In this document: positions 29,778-40,150 of the stretch, piece after piece
Numbering within the stretch: position 1 is the stretch's first letter
Layout of the letters: each line of letters begins with the position of its first letter
Origin: an uncultured Desulfarculus sp.
GTDB lineage: Bacteria > Desulfobacterota > Desulfarculia > Desulfarculales > Desulfarculaceae
Direction of reading: 5' to 3'
DNA length: 64,000 nt
Assembly (NCBI GenBank): GCA_963665125.2
Contig: CAXXUK010000001.1
Span: 2,464,001 to 2,528,000, forward strand
Made by a program: the position numbers and the translations under genes
The notes under the pieces: generated by a model
The model's input: only the letters and a program-made list of their open reading frames with translations
Told to the model about the DNA's origin: nothing
Databases searched by the model: none

Positions 29778-31631
29778 CTAGAAACTGGCCATGACCCACA
29801 ACAACACTGACTGGACGTTGGCGTTCTGGGAATAGTCGCCGGTGTAGGCCAGTTCCAAAGCCGCGCCCCAAGGCAACGGGCAGTTGATTTGCAAATCAAC
29901 AGCCAGGCCGTCGTGGTCTGAATCAGGGCCATCCAGGTTGCGCGTCGTTCCGGCGAGTTCGGCGGTGGACTCTGTCCGGGTGTCCAGGTATTCGTGACGC
30001 CAGCCGGCGGTAAGCTGAAGCTGTACATCTTTGACCGATGCGGCCAGTGTGGCACCCAGCAGATGCCGCAGGCTATTGTAATCATCCAATTCCAGGCGCG
30101 AGTTCAGCAAATCAGCGTCGTTTTCATTGGCGCTCACACCGTCTACCCGCACCCAATTCATATTAAACAGAGGCGTCAGGGTGATGCCCTCGGCCAAGCA
30201 GAAATCATGGCCGGCCTCGCCCCAGGCGGCCCATGACTCGGTGTCATAGTCGGCCCGGGCCGTTGCGCCGGTCATCCAAAGGGGCCGGTTTGCGTTGTTG
30301 TCGTCGCGGCTGTATCTGGCCCCGCCTTGAGCCCGCCAGTTGTCCTTGGCAAATCCGGCATATGGGGTTATGCCCATGCCCTTGACGTTGGAGTCTCCGC
30401 CCCCGCTTTCCAGGTCGGCGTCCGCCTCATGAATATCTAGATTCAGCCCCGCAGTAAAGGACGAACCAAAACGGCACTGAAAGCCGACATCCGTTCCGTA
30501 GGCCTTCCAGTCAAAGCCCGAGGCCATGGCCTCACCGCTCTGGCTGCCCCAGCCGTAATATGGCGTGGCGTAGATTTGATTCGCGTCCTGAGCGTCAAGC
30601 GCCGGCCGGCTCCGACGCAGGCGCAGCGAAGCACGCTTCATGGCCTCCTGGGCCAAAATACGGTTTAGCTGAATCGACGCCGCGGCGGCCTGGGGCAGCA
30701 TCTGCTTGGGATAATAATAGTCGCCCATGGAGCCCAAGACCTCCTGGGCAAACAGGCGCTGGGCCTTGGTGCTGGCATGGACATCCCACCACAAATAATT
30801 GTCGGCATCGGGCCTGGCTTGGCCGGTTGCCTCGTCAAAACCGGTGCCCGTGACGTTGGTGAATCCGTATTTGCCTGGGTTGGCTATAATCTTGCGGGTC
30901 ATGGCGCCGATATCCGGAACAATGACCACCGAGTCGGGATGCTCGGCCTTGAATTCTGCTATGGCCTTTTCCATTTCAGCCTGGTATGCCGCAACCCATG
31001 TTGCGACAATAAGGGTTGGGTCATTGGGGAAGATATCGGGGGCATATTCCACAGCCACCAACGTGGGCACCACAAATTGCCGGGCGCCGCTGTCGTATAG
31101 TTTTTGCAGATTATTCTTCAGATCCGCAGCCACCGCTGCCGGGTCGGCGAGTTCACCCGTAGTCGCTATCTTCAGGGCATCGTTATGCCCCGCGAACAGG
31201 AACACAACTTCATCGGCTGAAAAGGCGCCACCCTGAGCCGTGTATTCGTCGATCACGCTGCCCACGTTGGGAACATAAAATTCAAAGGGCAACTCAGGAA
31301 CCAAGGCGGCGCCCTGGCCCATCAGCGCCCCGCCAAAGGCATAATCAGCCCCGCCCCGCAAAGAGGCCTCGTTGCCCCGGCCGAAAGCGGAAGCAACGTA
31401 ATCGGCCCAGTTGGGTCCGTTGGTCAGGCGGCCGTTGGTTATCGAAGGGACATCAGACGGGACCAGTCCGGGTATCGACTTGAGCAACAAGGCCAGAACA
31501 TTTCCGTTATCGGTGCTGCTGTCGCCCCAAAAGCTCAGGTTTCCAAAGCTTTGGGCCGATGCTGGAATTGTTTCTATTAGTAAAAGTAATAAGGCCGAAA
31601 TCAAGAAAATACACTTGGCGTAGCGCTGCAT
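29778..31631 (-). CDS. Autotransporter with SGNH/GDSL esterase passenger (EstA-like)
   Basis: Signal peptide, GDSSTDNGN, GRLTNGPNW, YAFGGA, GHND, LWWDVH; C-terminal beta-barrel with terminal Phe. Confidence 0.85.
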   Translation of the reverse strand: MQRYAKCIFLISALLLLLIETIPASAQSFGNLSFWGDSSTDNGNVLALLLKSIPGLVPSDVPSITNGRLTNGPNWADYVASAFGRGNEASLRGGADYAFGGALMGQGAALVPELPFEFYVPNVGSVIDEYTAQGGAFSADEVVFLFAGHNDALKIATTGELADPAAVAADLKNNLQKLYDSGARQFVVPTLVAVEYAPDIFPNDPTLIVATWVAAYQAEMEKAIAEFKAEHPDSVVIVPDIGAMTRKIIANPGKYGFTNVTGTGFDEATGQARPDADNYLWWDVHASTKAQRLFAQEVLGSMGDYYYPKQMLPQAAAASIQLNRILAQEAMKRASLRLRRSRPALDAQDANQIYATPYYGWGSQSGEAMASGFDWKAYGTDVGFQCRFGSSFTAGLNLDIHEADADLESGGGDSNVKGMGITPYAGFAKDNWRAQGGARYSRDDNNANRPLWMTGATARADYDTESWAAWGEAGHDFCLAEGITLTPLFNMNWVRVDGVSANENDADLLNSRLELDDYNSLRHLLGATLAASVKDVQLQLTAGWRHEYLDTRTESTAELAGTTRNLDGPDSDHDGLAVDLQINCPLPWGAALELAYTGDYSQNANVQSVLLWVMASF

Positions 31632-32030
31632 AGGCAGGTCCCCCTTTTTAATTATGGTGTCCGAACAGCGGCTCGGAGCTTACCCCCGTTCCAAGCCTGT
31701 TGACGCCGGTGATAAATTGTAATCAGTATTCATCGCTCGTGGGAACCTAGCATTTTAGTTTTGCTGACATCAAGCATTAGCTTGGCTGTTGGCCCGGTCA
31801 TCCATAACCTGCGGCATCACAATCTCCAATTTCTCTTGGGGCGATGTATCCAACCGCGTCCATAAATGGTATAGGAACTTAAAGTCGATTGGCCTGTTCG
31901 CAGGGCGGCAATTGATGCGGCAGCGCAGCCCGTATTGCCTTGTTTTCATGTGCCGTTTACCGGTGGCCCACGCTTGCCGACATCGCCACTGGCGGCTAGA
32001 CTGTCCCCTAGAAAACTTCAAGGAGCATAG

Positions 32031-33146
32031 ATGAGCAATCATCATCACACGGCGCATCCCGGCGGCCATCCCCATAAAAGTGAAGACGGCGTAACGCCCC
32101 TGCGGCTGGTGGCCTGGGAGACGACCCGGCGCTGCAACCTCAGTTGCGTGCATTGCCGGGCCGGAGCGGCGGATCACGAATACCCCGGTGAACTGACAAC
32201 GGCCCAGGGCGAGGAACTTCTCAAAGACCTGGCCACCATGGGCAGCCCGGTGATCATACTCACCGGCGGCGAACCGCTATTGCGCGGCGACATCTTCCAT
32301 TTGGCCCGGTTCGGCACGGACCTGGGCCTGCGCATGGTCATGGCCGTAAACGGCACCCTTTTGACCCCGGATATCGCCCGCAAGATGGTGGATTCGGGCA
32401 TCCAGCGCATCTCCATCAGCATCGACGGCCCGGACGCGGCCAGCCACGACGCCTTCCGGGGCCAGGAGGGCGCGTTCGCCGGGGCCATGGACGGCTTCGA
32501 GGCCGCCCGCCAAGTGGGCCTGGATTTCCAGATCAACACCACCGTGACCCGCAGCAACCTGCCCCACATGCAGGCCATCCAGGACCTTGCGGTCAATTTG
32601 GGTGCGGTGGCCCATCATATCTTCCTGTTGGTGCCCACGGGCCGAGGCCGGGCCCTGACCGGCGAGATCATCAGCGCCGAGGAATACGAAGACGTACTCA
32701 ATTGGTTCTATGACCAGCGGGGCAAGACGCCCCTGGAGCTAAAGGCCACCTGCGCGCCGCACTATTTCCGGGTGCTCCGGCAGCGGGCCAAGGCCGACGG
32801 CCAAAAGGTGGCATTCAACACCCATGGTCTGGACGCCGTGAGCAAGGGCTGCCTGGGCGGCCAGGGCTTCGCCTTCGTCAGCCACGTGGGCCAGGTCCAG
32901 CCCTGCGGCTATCTGGAGCTGCCCGCCGGCAACGTAAAGGAAATGCCCTTTTCGCAAATCTGGCGGGAATCCGAGCTGTTCGCCAAGTTGCGCGACCACA
33001 ACCGCCTGGGCGGCAAATGCGGCATCTGCGAATACCGTCGGGTCTGCGGCGGCTGCCGGGCCAGGGCCTACGAGGCCACCGGCGATGTGCTTGCCGAGGA
33101 GCCGCTGTGCATGTATCAGCCCACGGGCAAGGGCGATGTTGCGTAA
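32031..33146 (+). CDS. ahbD: Heme b synthase (radical SAM/SPASM), alternative heme biosynthesis
   Basis: His-rich N-terminus, LRLVAWETTRRCNLSCVHCRA, IFLLVPTGRG, LKATCAPHY.R, GCLGG, KCGICEYRRVCGGCRARA. Confidence 0.88.
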   Translation: MSNHHHTAHPGGHPHKSEDGVTPLRLVAWETTRRCNLSCVHCRAGAADHEYPGELTTAQGEELLKDLATMGSPVIILTGGEPLLRGDIFHLARFGTDLGLRMVMAVNGTLLTPDIARKMVDSGIQRISISIDGPDAASHDAFRGQEGAFAGAMDGFEAARQVGLDFQINTTVTRSNLPHMQAIQDLAVNLGAVAHHIFLLVPTGRGRALTGEIISAEEYEDVLNWFYDQRGKTPLELKATCAPHYFRVLRQRAKADGQKVAFNTHGLDAVSKGCLGGQGFAFVSHVGQVQPCGYLELPAGNVKEMPFSQIWRESELFAKLRDHNRLGGKCGICEYRRVCGGCRARAYEATGDVLAEEPLCMYQPTGKGDVA

Positions 33147-33265
33147 CGTTTCCGGCGTTTCACCCAAAAAACAATGTAACAATAACATTTAACGTATTAT
33201 TTTATTTTGATTTTATGGTTTATCGCAATCCCCGGGCATCAACCTGAAACGTTTCAAGCGTTTCA
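33147..33265 (+). promoter_or_regulatory. Candidate sigma-54 enhancer (UAS) elements
   Basis: Perfect palindrome TGAAACGTTTCA (33245-33256) plus repeated CGTTTC(A/C) at ~33147, 33156 and 33259, 80-190 nt upstream of a -24/-12 promoter. Confidence 0.55.
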
Positions 33266-33337
33266 GGCGAACCGACGGTTGGCCAAAGTGCCTGTATTTT
33301 TATTGTAAATACACAATATTAGCATCTGCCCAGGCAC

Positions 33338-33352
33338 TGGCACTGAATTTGC
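33338..33352 (+). promoter_or_regulatory. Sigma-54 -24/-12 promoter of hdr operon 1
   Basis: TGGCAC-TGAAT-TTGC, exact consensus and spacing, preceded by an AT-rich tract. Confidence 0.8.
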
Positions 33353-33810
33353 GTTGATTGACGGTGTCCCTCTGGGGATCAGCCCCATATATTTGATGTC
33401 CGCCTTATGCGGCCGCAACGAACCCGCCTATTTCTCAACAACAATGTTGCGTGAATCGGGATTCTTGGCTATGTATTAAGGCTCACTACAATCTAGTAGG
33501 TTGAAGGAAAACGGCCTACGGGGCGGGTCTCGGTCGGCCCGCCGATTAACGTAGTCATAAAAACTTATAATTTTAGCAAGTTGGCTAGATGGCTCCGTTG
33601 CCGAACCGCAGCGGGATAGGGCCAGGGTGGATCTTCCCACCAAGCTACTAGTGTACCCACGGGTTTAGTACGCCCGTTAAATATCATTTTTTAACGCGCG
33701 TTCCGGCATTGGGCCGGAATCGGCAATTCGGAGGCGCTGCCTGCCATCATTTTAGATGCAGCCCAAGGCCTCTGAACCGTAGCACCACCGGATGATCCGG
33801 AGAGGAATCA

Positions 33811-35484
33811 ATGCCCTTCGAGAGTATCACTTCCACGGGTCTGCATATTGCGCTGACCATCTTCTTCCTGGGGTTGCTGTACCGTTTTGCCTCTTGGCTT
33901 TGGCGCGGGGTGGGTGATGAATCCCGCCAGGCCGGAGTGGGGGCAAGGGCCTGGGCCGCGGTCGGCGGACTTGTCGGCGCCATTTTCAGCGCCAAAATCG
34001 TCAAACTGATCGAAGCCCTGATCATGGATGTGCTTTTTCAGCGCAAGGTCTTTGAACAAGACCGCCTGCGCTGGGCCGCCCACATCTGCATCTACGTGGG
34101 CTTCATGCTTCTGCTGATCTTCCACGCCCTGCAAAGCGTGGTCAGCGAGGCGGTCTTTGACGACTTTTACTCAACGCTCAACCCGTTCCTGTTCATGCGC
34201 AACCTGTTCGGTCTGGTCGTGCTGGTGGGCGTTGGCATCGCCATCTACCGCCGGGTGACCATCAAGCCGGTCAAGCGCGTCACCGGCGGCATGGATAGGG
34301 TGGCTTTGGTCCTGCTGGCGGTGATCATGATCTCCGGCGTGGTCCTTGAAGGCGCCAAGATCATCAGCCAGCGCGACTTCATGCGCATGAACAACGAATA
34401 CGGCAGCCTGGAAGGCGAAGAGCTCACCGCCCTTAAAGCCTATTGGGCCAAGAACTACTCCGTGGCCTTTTCCGGCGAAGAGCTGCCCATGGATGAAGAG
34501 ACGCTGGCCGCCGGACAAGATCTGCACAACGATTCCTGCGCCTCGTGCCACAGCCAGCCCTCCAGCGCGTTCATGAGCTATGCCGCGGCTCAGATCATGA
34601 AGCCCGCCGCCGCGTCGCTGAACCACATCGACTTCCCGGCCTTCATGTACATGCTGCACTACTTCGCTTGTTTGATCGGCCTTATCTACCTGCCGTTCAG
34701 CAAGTTCCTGCACATCATCACCAGCCCCATCGCCATGGTGGTCAGCAAGGTGATGGATGAAGACACGGCCAGCCAAGGGGCCAAGGCCATGCGCCGGGCC
34801 TTGGATCTGGACGCCTGCACCCACTGCGGCACCTGCACCCTCAACTGCTCGGTGCTGGCTTCGTTCGAGGTGGTCGGCAACGACGGCATCCTGCCCTCGG
34901 AAAAGCTGGCCGCCTTCCGCAGCCTTGTGGCCGGCGACAAGCTCACCCAGCGTCAGCTTTTCGCCCTTCGCGAGGCCAACGACACCTGCACCCGCTGCCA
35001 CCGTTGCACCGATGTCTGCCCCGTGGGCATCAATTTGCAAGGGTTGTGGATGGCCCTTAGCGAGGAACTGGCCCGCCGCGGCGTTCCGGCCGCCTTCACC
35101 ATGGCCAAGCAGGGGCTCATCGGCACGGGCAAACCCGTTGCCGGCCAAACCATCGAAATCCAGCCCAGCGGCCGGGGCCTGGCCCTGCAGGCCGACAAAT
35201 TCAAGTACTGCTTCGAATGTCAGACCTGCACCAACGCCTGCCCGGTGGTGGCCTCCTACGACAATCCAGCGGAAGAGTTGGACATGGTGCCCCACCAGAT
35301 CATGCACTCCCTGGGCCTGGGCCTGGTGGAAATGGCCATGGGCGCCCGCATGACCTGGGACTGCCTGACCTGCTACCGCTGTCAGGAACAGTGCCCCCAG
35401 GGCGTGTCGATCACCGACATTTTGTATGAACTCAAGAACATGGGCTACCAGCGCGCCAAAGACAAGCTGGTGGACGTGGCCTAG
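33811..35484 (+). CDS. Membrane-bound HdrC-like protein: NarI/HdrE-type TM domain with CxxCH loop plus two HdrC-type 2x[4Fe-4S] domains
   Basis: TM helices with His residues typical of cytochrome b (RWAAHICIYVGF, FHAL, LHYF, LPFSKFLHII), CASCH in a loop between TMs, four CxxCxxCxxxC motifs (CTHCGTCTLNC, CTRCHRCTDVCP, CFECQTCTNACP, WDCLTCYRCQEQCPQGV). Confidence 0.85.
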   Translation: MPFESITSTGLHIALTIFFLGLLYRFASWLWRGVGDESRQAGVGARAWAAVGGLVGAIFSAKIVKLIEALIMDVLFQRKVFEQDRLRWAAHICIYVGFMLLLIFHALQSVVSEAVFDDFYSTLNPFLFMRNLFGLVVLVGVGIAIYRRVTIKPVKRVTGGMDRVALVLLAVIMISGVVLEGAKIISQRDFMRMNNEYGSLEGEELTALKAYWAKNYSVAFSGEELPMDEETLAAGQDLHNDSCASCHSQPSSAFMSYAAAQIMKPAAASLNHIDFPAFMYMLHYFACLIGLIYLPFSKFLHIITSPIAMVVSKVMDEDTASQGAKAMRRALDLDACTHCGTCTLNCSVLASFEVVGNDGILPSEKLAAFRSLVAGDKLTQRQLFALREANDTCTRCHRCTDVCPVGINLQGLWMALSEELARRGVPAAFTMAKQGLIGTGKPVAGQTIEIQPSGRGLALQADKFKYCFECQTCTNACPVVASYDNPAEELDMVPHQIMHSLGLGLVEMAMGARMTWDCLTCYRCQEQCPQGVSITDILYELKNMGYQRAKDKLVDVA

Positions 35485-35531
35485 ATAAAAGACATCGGTG
35501 GTAAATCACCACTGGCAAGGAGCCTGACAAA

Positions 35532-36398
35532 ATGCAATTCGCCTGGTTCCGTGGCTGTAAGATCCCTTACTACGTAAGCCACTATGAGACCGCCTCCAGG
35601 GCCGTCTTGAACAAACTAGGAGTGGGGCTTGTTGACATCGAATTCGGTTGCTGCGGCTATCCGGCCCGCAATACCGACCAGACCGCTTGGCTGGCCTCGG
35701 CCGCCCGCAACCTGGCCATGGCCGAAGCCCAGGGACTGACCCTGCTTACGCCCTGCAAGTGCTGCTTTGGCAGCTTTAAAAACGCCATCCACGCCATGAG
35801 CGAAGATCCGGCCCTGATGGCCCAGGTCAACGCCGTTCTGGCCGAAGAAGGCCTAAAATATGAAGGCAAGACCGACTGCCGCCACATGTTGCAAGTGCTG
35901 CATGGCGATATCGGCGTGAAAGACCTCAAGGAGGCCCTGACCGCCAAGTTCAACGGCCTCAAGGTGGCCGTGCACAACGGTTGCCACGCCCTGCGGCCCA
36001 GCAAGGTCACCGGCTTTGACGACCCGTTCCTGCCGGTCATCTTTGACGAGTTGGTAAACATCACCGGCGCCAAAAGCGTCGATTGGGGCAAGAAACTCGA
36101 ATGCTGCGGCGCCCCCATGTGGGACAAAAACCAGGAGTTGGGCCTTGGCGTGGCCAAGGGCAAGCTCGCAAGCGGCGTCGAGGCCGGTGCGGCCATCATC
36201 TGCACGGCCTGCACCTATTGCCAGATTCAGTTCGACACCTTCCAGGCGCAGATGCTCAAGGCCGACGACGGCATGCAGCAACTACCCTCCGTGCTGTACC
36301 CGCAGCTGCTGGGTCTGGCCCTGGGCCTGAGTGAAGACCAGCTCGGACTTGAACGCAACGCCGTGGCCGCCGCCTGGGTGGCCAATCATCTGTCGTGA
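35532..36398 (+). CDS. hdrB: Heterodisulfide reductase subunit B family (two CCG domains)
   Basis: [53 protein letters not shown]. Confidence 0.93.
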   Translation: MQFAWFRGCKIPYYVSHYETASRAVLNKLGVGLVDIEFGCCGYPARNTDQTAWLASAARNLAMAEAQGLTLLTPCKCCFGSFKNAIHAMSEDPALMAQVNAVLAEEGLKYEGKTDCRHMLQVLHGDIGVKDLKEALTAKFNGLKVAVHNGCHALRPSKVTGFDDPFLPVIFDELVNITGAKSVDWGKKLECCGAPMWDKNQELGLGVAKGKLASGVEAGAAIICTACTYCQIQFDTFQAQMLKADDGMQQLPSVLYPQLLGLALGLSEDQLGLERNAVAAAWVANHLS

Positions 36399-36463
36399 AC
36401 CACGCGCCCTCCTTCGGGAGGGCGCAAGCACCGAGGCCCCCGGGGGCCCATGGGATAAATATC

Positions 36464-39400
36464 ATGGCTGAAAAAACCGCTGGTTCTGTGATGGTTGTCG
36501 GCGGCGGCATTGCCGGAATGCAGGCAGCGCTCGACCTGGCCGACTCCGGATTCTACGTCTACTTGGTTGAAAAGACCGCCTCCATCGGCGGCACCATGAG
36601 CCAACTGGACAAGACGTTCCCCACCAACGACTGCGCGATGTGAATCATCTCTCCCCGCCTAGTTGAGGTGGGACGGCACATCAACATCGAACTGCTGACC
36701 CTGTCCGAGCTGGAAGAAGTCAAGGGCGAAGTCGGCAACTTCCAAGTCAAAGTCCGCCAGCAACCCCGCTACATAGACATGGACAAGTGCATCGCCTGCG
36801 GCGCATGCACCGAGAAATGCCCCAAAAAGGTCGACGACGCCTTCAACTTCGGGCTCAACAAGCGCAAGGCCATCCACGTCAAGTTTTCCCAGGCCGTGCC
36901 CCTGAAGTATGCCATCGACCCCCAGAACTGCATGTACCTGACCAAGGGCAAATGCGGTGTCTGCGCCAAGGTCTGCCCCACCGGGGCCATCAACTATGAT
37001 GACACCGAAAAGGTCCATGACCTCAATGTCGGCGCGGTGATCGTGGCCCTGGGCGCCCAATGGCCCGAGCAGGAACTTCTGGACGTATACGGCTACACCC
37101 GCCACAAGAACGTGATGACCCACCTGGAGTTCGAGCGCGCCCTGAGCGCCTCGGGTCCGTTCATGGGCCACGTCAAGAATATGGTCACCGGCGCGGCTCC
37201 CAGGAAAATAGCCTGGGTCCAGTGCGTGGGCTCCCGCGACACCCATGACGGCGCGCGGTCCTATTGTTCCACGGCCTGCTGCTCGTTCGCCATCAAGCAG
37301 GCTGTCATCGCCCAGGAGCACGCCCACGATCCCCTGGACACCACCATCTTCTACATCGACATCCGCACCCAGGGCAAAGACGTCGAGCGTTACTACAACC
37401 GGGCCAAGGAACTGGGCGTGAACTTCGTCAAGGGCCGCATCGCCTCGGTGGAACCCAAACAGGACGGCGCCCTGATGGGCCTGACCTGGGTCGACGACAA
37501 GGGCAAGCGCGTCAGCGACGACTACGACCTTGTCGTTCTGAGCCTGGGCACCTGCCCCAACCAGAAAAACGTCGACATGCTCAAAAACCTGGGCATCGAT
37601 ATGCGCCCGGACAATTACCCGGTTTTGGACAGCTTCAGCCCGGTGGAAACCAACCTTCCGGGCATCATGATCGCCGGATACAACAACGCGCCCAAGGAAA
37701 TCCCCATGGCCGTTGTCGACGCCAGCGCCTGCGCGGGCAAGGTCGGCACCCTTTTGAGCCAGGCCAGGGGCACCGAGACCAAGACCAGGGAAGTCGTGCC
37801 CGAGATCGATGTGGCCGGAGACCAGGTCAAGGTGGGCGTGTTCATCTGCAACTGCGGTTCCAACATCGCCGGCGTGGTGGACTGCCCCAGCGCCCAGGAA
37901 TACGCCGCGGGCCTGCCCAACGTGGTCCATACCGAACAGTATCTGTTCGCCTGCTCCCAGGACGCCCAGGACAAGATGGCCCAGGTCATCAAGGAAAAGG
38001 GCCTCAACCGCATCGTTGTGGCGGCCTGCACCCCCAGGACCCACGAGCCCCTGTTCCAGGAGACCATGTCCAACGCCGGCCTGAACAAATACCTGTTCGA
38101 GATGGCCAACATCCGCAACCAGTGCTCCTGGGTCCACAGCGGCGAACCCGAGCAGGCCACCCGCAAGGCCAAAGACCTGATCCGCATGGGCGTGGCCAAG
38201 GCCAGCCTGCTGCGGCCCCTTCGGGAACAGGAACTCAGCGTTTCTCAAAAGGCCCTTGTGGTCGGCGGCGGCGCGGCCGGCATGACCGCGGCCCTGAACC
38301 TGGCCGAGCAGGGTTTTGAAACCTATCTGGTGGAAAGGGAAACCCAGCTCGGCGGCAACGCCCGCCGTTTGGCCCAAACCTGGAAGGGCGAGGACGCCCA
38401 GGCCAAGCTGGCCCAGTTGATCAACAAGGTCAACGCCAACGCCAAGATCGAGGTCCTGCTGGGCGCCGCCATCTCCGATGTCGACGGTTTCGTGGGCAAC
38501 TTCGAGACCACCGTCGCGGTGGGAGGCCAAGAGCGCAAGCTGGAGCACGGCGCGGTTATCGTGGCCACCGGCGCAACCGAGTGGAAGCCCGAAGGCTGGC
38601 TCTACGGTGAATCCGACGCCGTGTGCACAGGCCTGGAGCTGGACGAAAAACTCATGGCCGATGATCCGGCCCTAAGCCGCCTGGGTAGCGTGGCCTTCAT
38701 GCAGTGCGTGGGCTCACGCACCCCGGACCGCCCCTACTGCTCCAAGACCTGCTGCACCCACAGCGTCACCAACGCCATCGCCCTCAAGGAGCGCAATCCG
38801 CAGACGGATGTGTACGTCCTCTACCGCGACATGCGCACCTACGGCCTGCGCGAGGCGGCCTACCGCAAGGCCCGCGAACTGGGCGTACGCTTTATCCGCT
38901 ACGACAACGACAAGGGCGTCGGCGTTACCCCGGACGGCGGCGGCGTCAAGCTGTCCTTCAAGGACCTGTCCCTGGGTGCCGACCTGAGCCTCAAAGCCGA
39001 CCTGATGGTCCTGGCCTCGGCCGCCGTGCCTCCGGCCGACAACGCCCTGGCCCAGATGCTCAAGCTGCCCCAGAACCTCGACGGCTTCTACCAGGAAGCC
39101 CATATCAAGCTGCGCCCCGTGGACTTCGCCAACGACGGCGTATTCCTCTGCGGCCTGTCGCATTCGCCCATGAGCATTGACGAGTGCATCGCCCAGGCCC
39201 AGGCGGCCGCTTCCCACGCCGCCGTGGTCCTGAGCACCACCGAACTGCACGTTGGCGGCGTGGTTGCCGAGGTCAACGCGGCCAAGTGCGTGGGCTGCGG
39301 CGTATGCGCCGAGATATGCCCCTACAAGGCCATCACCATCAACGATGACGGCAAGGCCGAGGTCAACGAGGCCATTTGCAAGGGCTGCGGCACCTGTTCC

Positions 39401-39478
39401 GCCGCCTGCCGCTCCGGCGCGGCCACCCTCAAGGGCTTCACCGAAGCCGATGTCATGGCTCAAATCAACGCGTTGTAA
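36464..39478 (+). CDS. hdrA: Heterodisulfide reductase subunit A family selenoprotein (1004 aa, Sec at codon 60)
   Basis: ATG 36464, VVGGGIAGM...[15 protein letters not shown](36641-36643)[12 protein letters not shown] continues in frame into the 936-aa ORF; the TGA sits at the conserved Cys of the FPT.DC.xCI motif; two FAD motifs, two CVGSR...YCS..CC clusters, ferredoxin domains. Confidence 0.93.
36641..36673 (+). other. UGA-Sec codon and bacterial SECIS-like hairpin
   Basis: Stem CCCGCCT (36654-36660)/AGGTGGG (36666-36672) with loop AGTTG, starting about 11 nt after the UGA. Confidence 0.78.
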
Positions 39479-39479
39479 T

Positions 39480-39770
39480 GCTTTAGGGGGTCTTTTCTTA
39501 AAAGAAAAGACCCCCTAAAGCCCCCAAAAGAATTTTGCCGATTTCTGTTTGCGGCTTTGCCGCCAAATAGCAATCGGTCAATTATTTTAGGGGCTTCGGA
39601 TGTTATTTTCACGTTACTTGTTTTGCCAAAGGCAAAACAAGTAACGCTGTGATTATAACCAGCACACGAGTTCGCCTACCCACCCTGAAATGCGCTGCCG
39701 CTCATTTCAGGGAAAATTCTTTGGAAAGGGGTTTGGGGAAAACCTTTCTTGAAAGAAAGGTTTTCCCCAA
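39480..39770. repeat. Cluster of four long palindromes (REP/MITE-like extragenic element)
   Basis: 20-bp arms at 39480-39521, 16-bp arms at 39612-39646, ~10-bp arms at 39683-39712, 18-bp arms at 39733-39770. Confidence 0.8.
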
Positions 39771-39868
39771 TAACAATCACCCACAAAAAACTATATTTTG
39801 GACCGGAGATGGTTTTGTGTAATATTGCTGGAAGGTAACACAATGAAGATGCCGGGAGAACACCAGTA

Positions 39869-40150
39869 TTGGCCGACCACTCATGTAAAAGGTGCTCTGT
39901 AACCAGGGTTAATGCCTTGGTAAAAGTCTACCGCCAGGCTCACTTCAACGGCGACCAAGGGGGCATAAGCAAGCTCAAGCAGGTCGTTGCCGTGACAAGA
40001 CGTGAATATCCCGACGGTAGCGAACTCTTGAGCCCCGGCCTCGGCGAACAGGAGCTTCGAGAACTTTGCTGGAACATCTCCTCATTCCTACGAGACCAAG
40101 ATGTGGAGCGCATCCTGGGAATAAAGCTGATCAAACCGGGTGCACGCTGA
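39869..40150 (+). CDS. Small hypothetical protein, overlapping the start of the sigma-54 activator
   Basis: 93-aa ORF, TTG start after GGGAGA, N-terminal CxxC, ends within the first codons of the next gene. Confidence 0.6.
   Translation: MADHSCKRCSVTRVNALVKVYRQAHFNGDQGGISKLKQVVAVTRREYPDGSELLSPGLGEQELRELCWNISSFLRDQDVERILGIKLIKPGAR

Noticed and set aside
31640..32030. ncRNA or ORFs in the autotransporter-ahbD divergent spacer
   Set aside because: Only one short hairpin and motif-less ORFs; nothing I can support beyond promoter DNA.
33484..33499. NrdR-box-like sequence CACTACAATCTAGTAG
   Set aside because: Spacing does not fit the consensus well, it is a single copy and no ribonucleotide reductase gene is nearby.
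36395..36643. 82-aa ORF and 936-aa ORF (36668-39478) as two separate genes or a nonsense pseudogene
   Set aside because: Same frame, with the TGA at a conserved Cys position and a SECIS-like hairpin behind it; better explained as one Sec-HdrA starting at 36464.
39480..39770. CRISPR array
   Set aside because: The palindromes differ from each other; there are no identical direct repeats with spacers and no cas genes.
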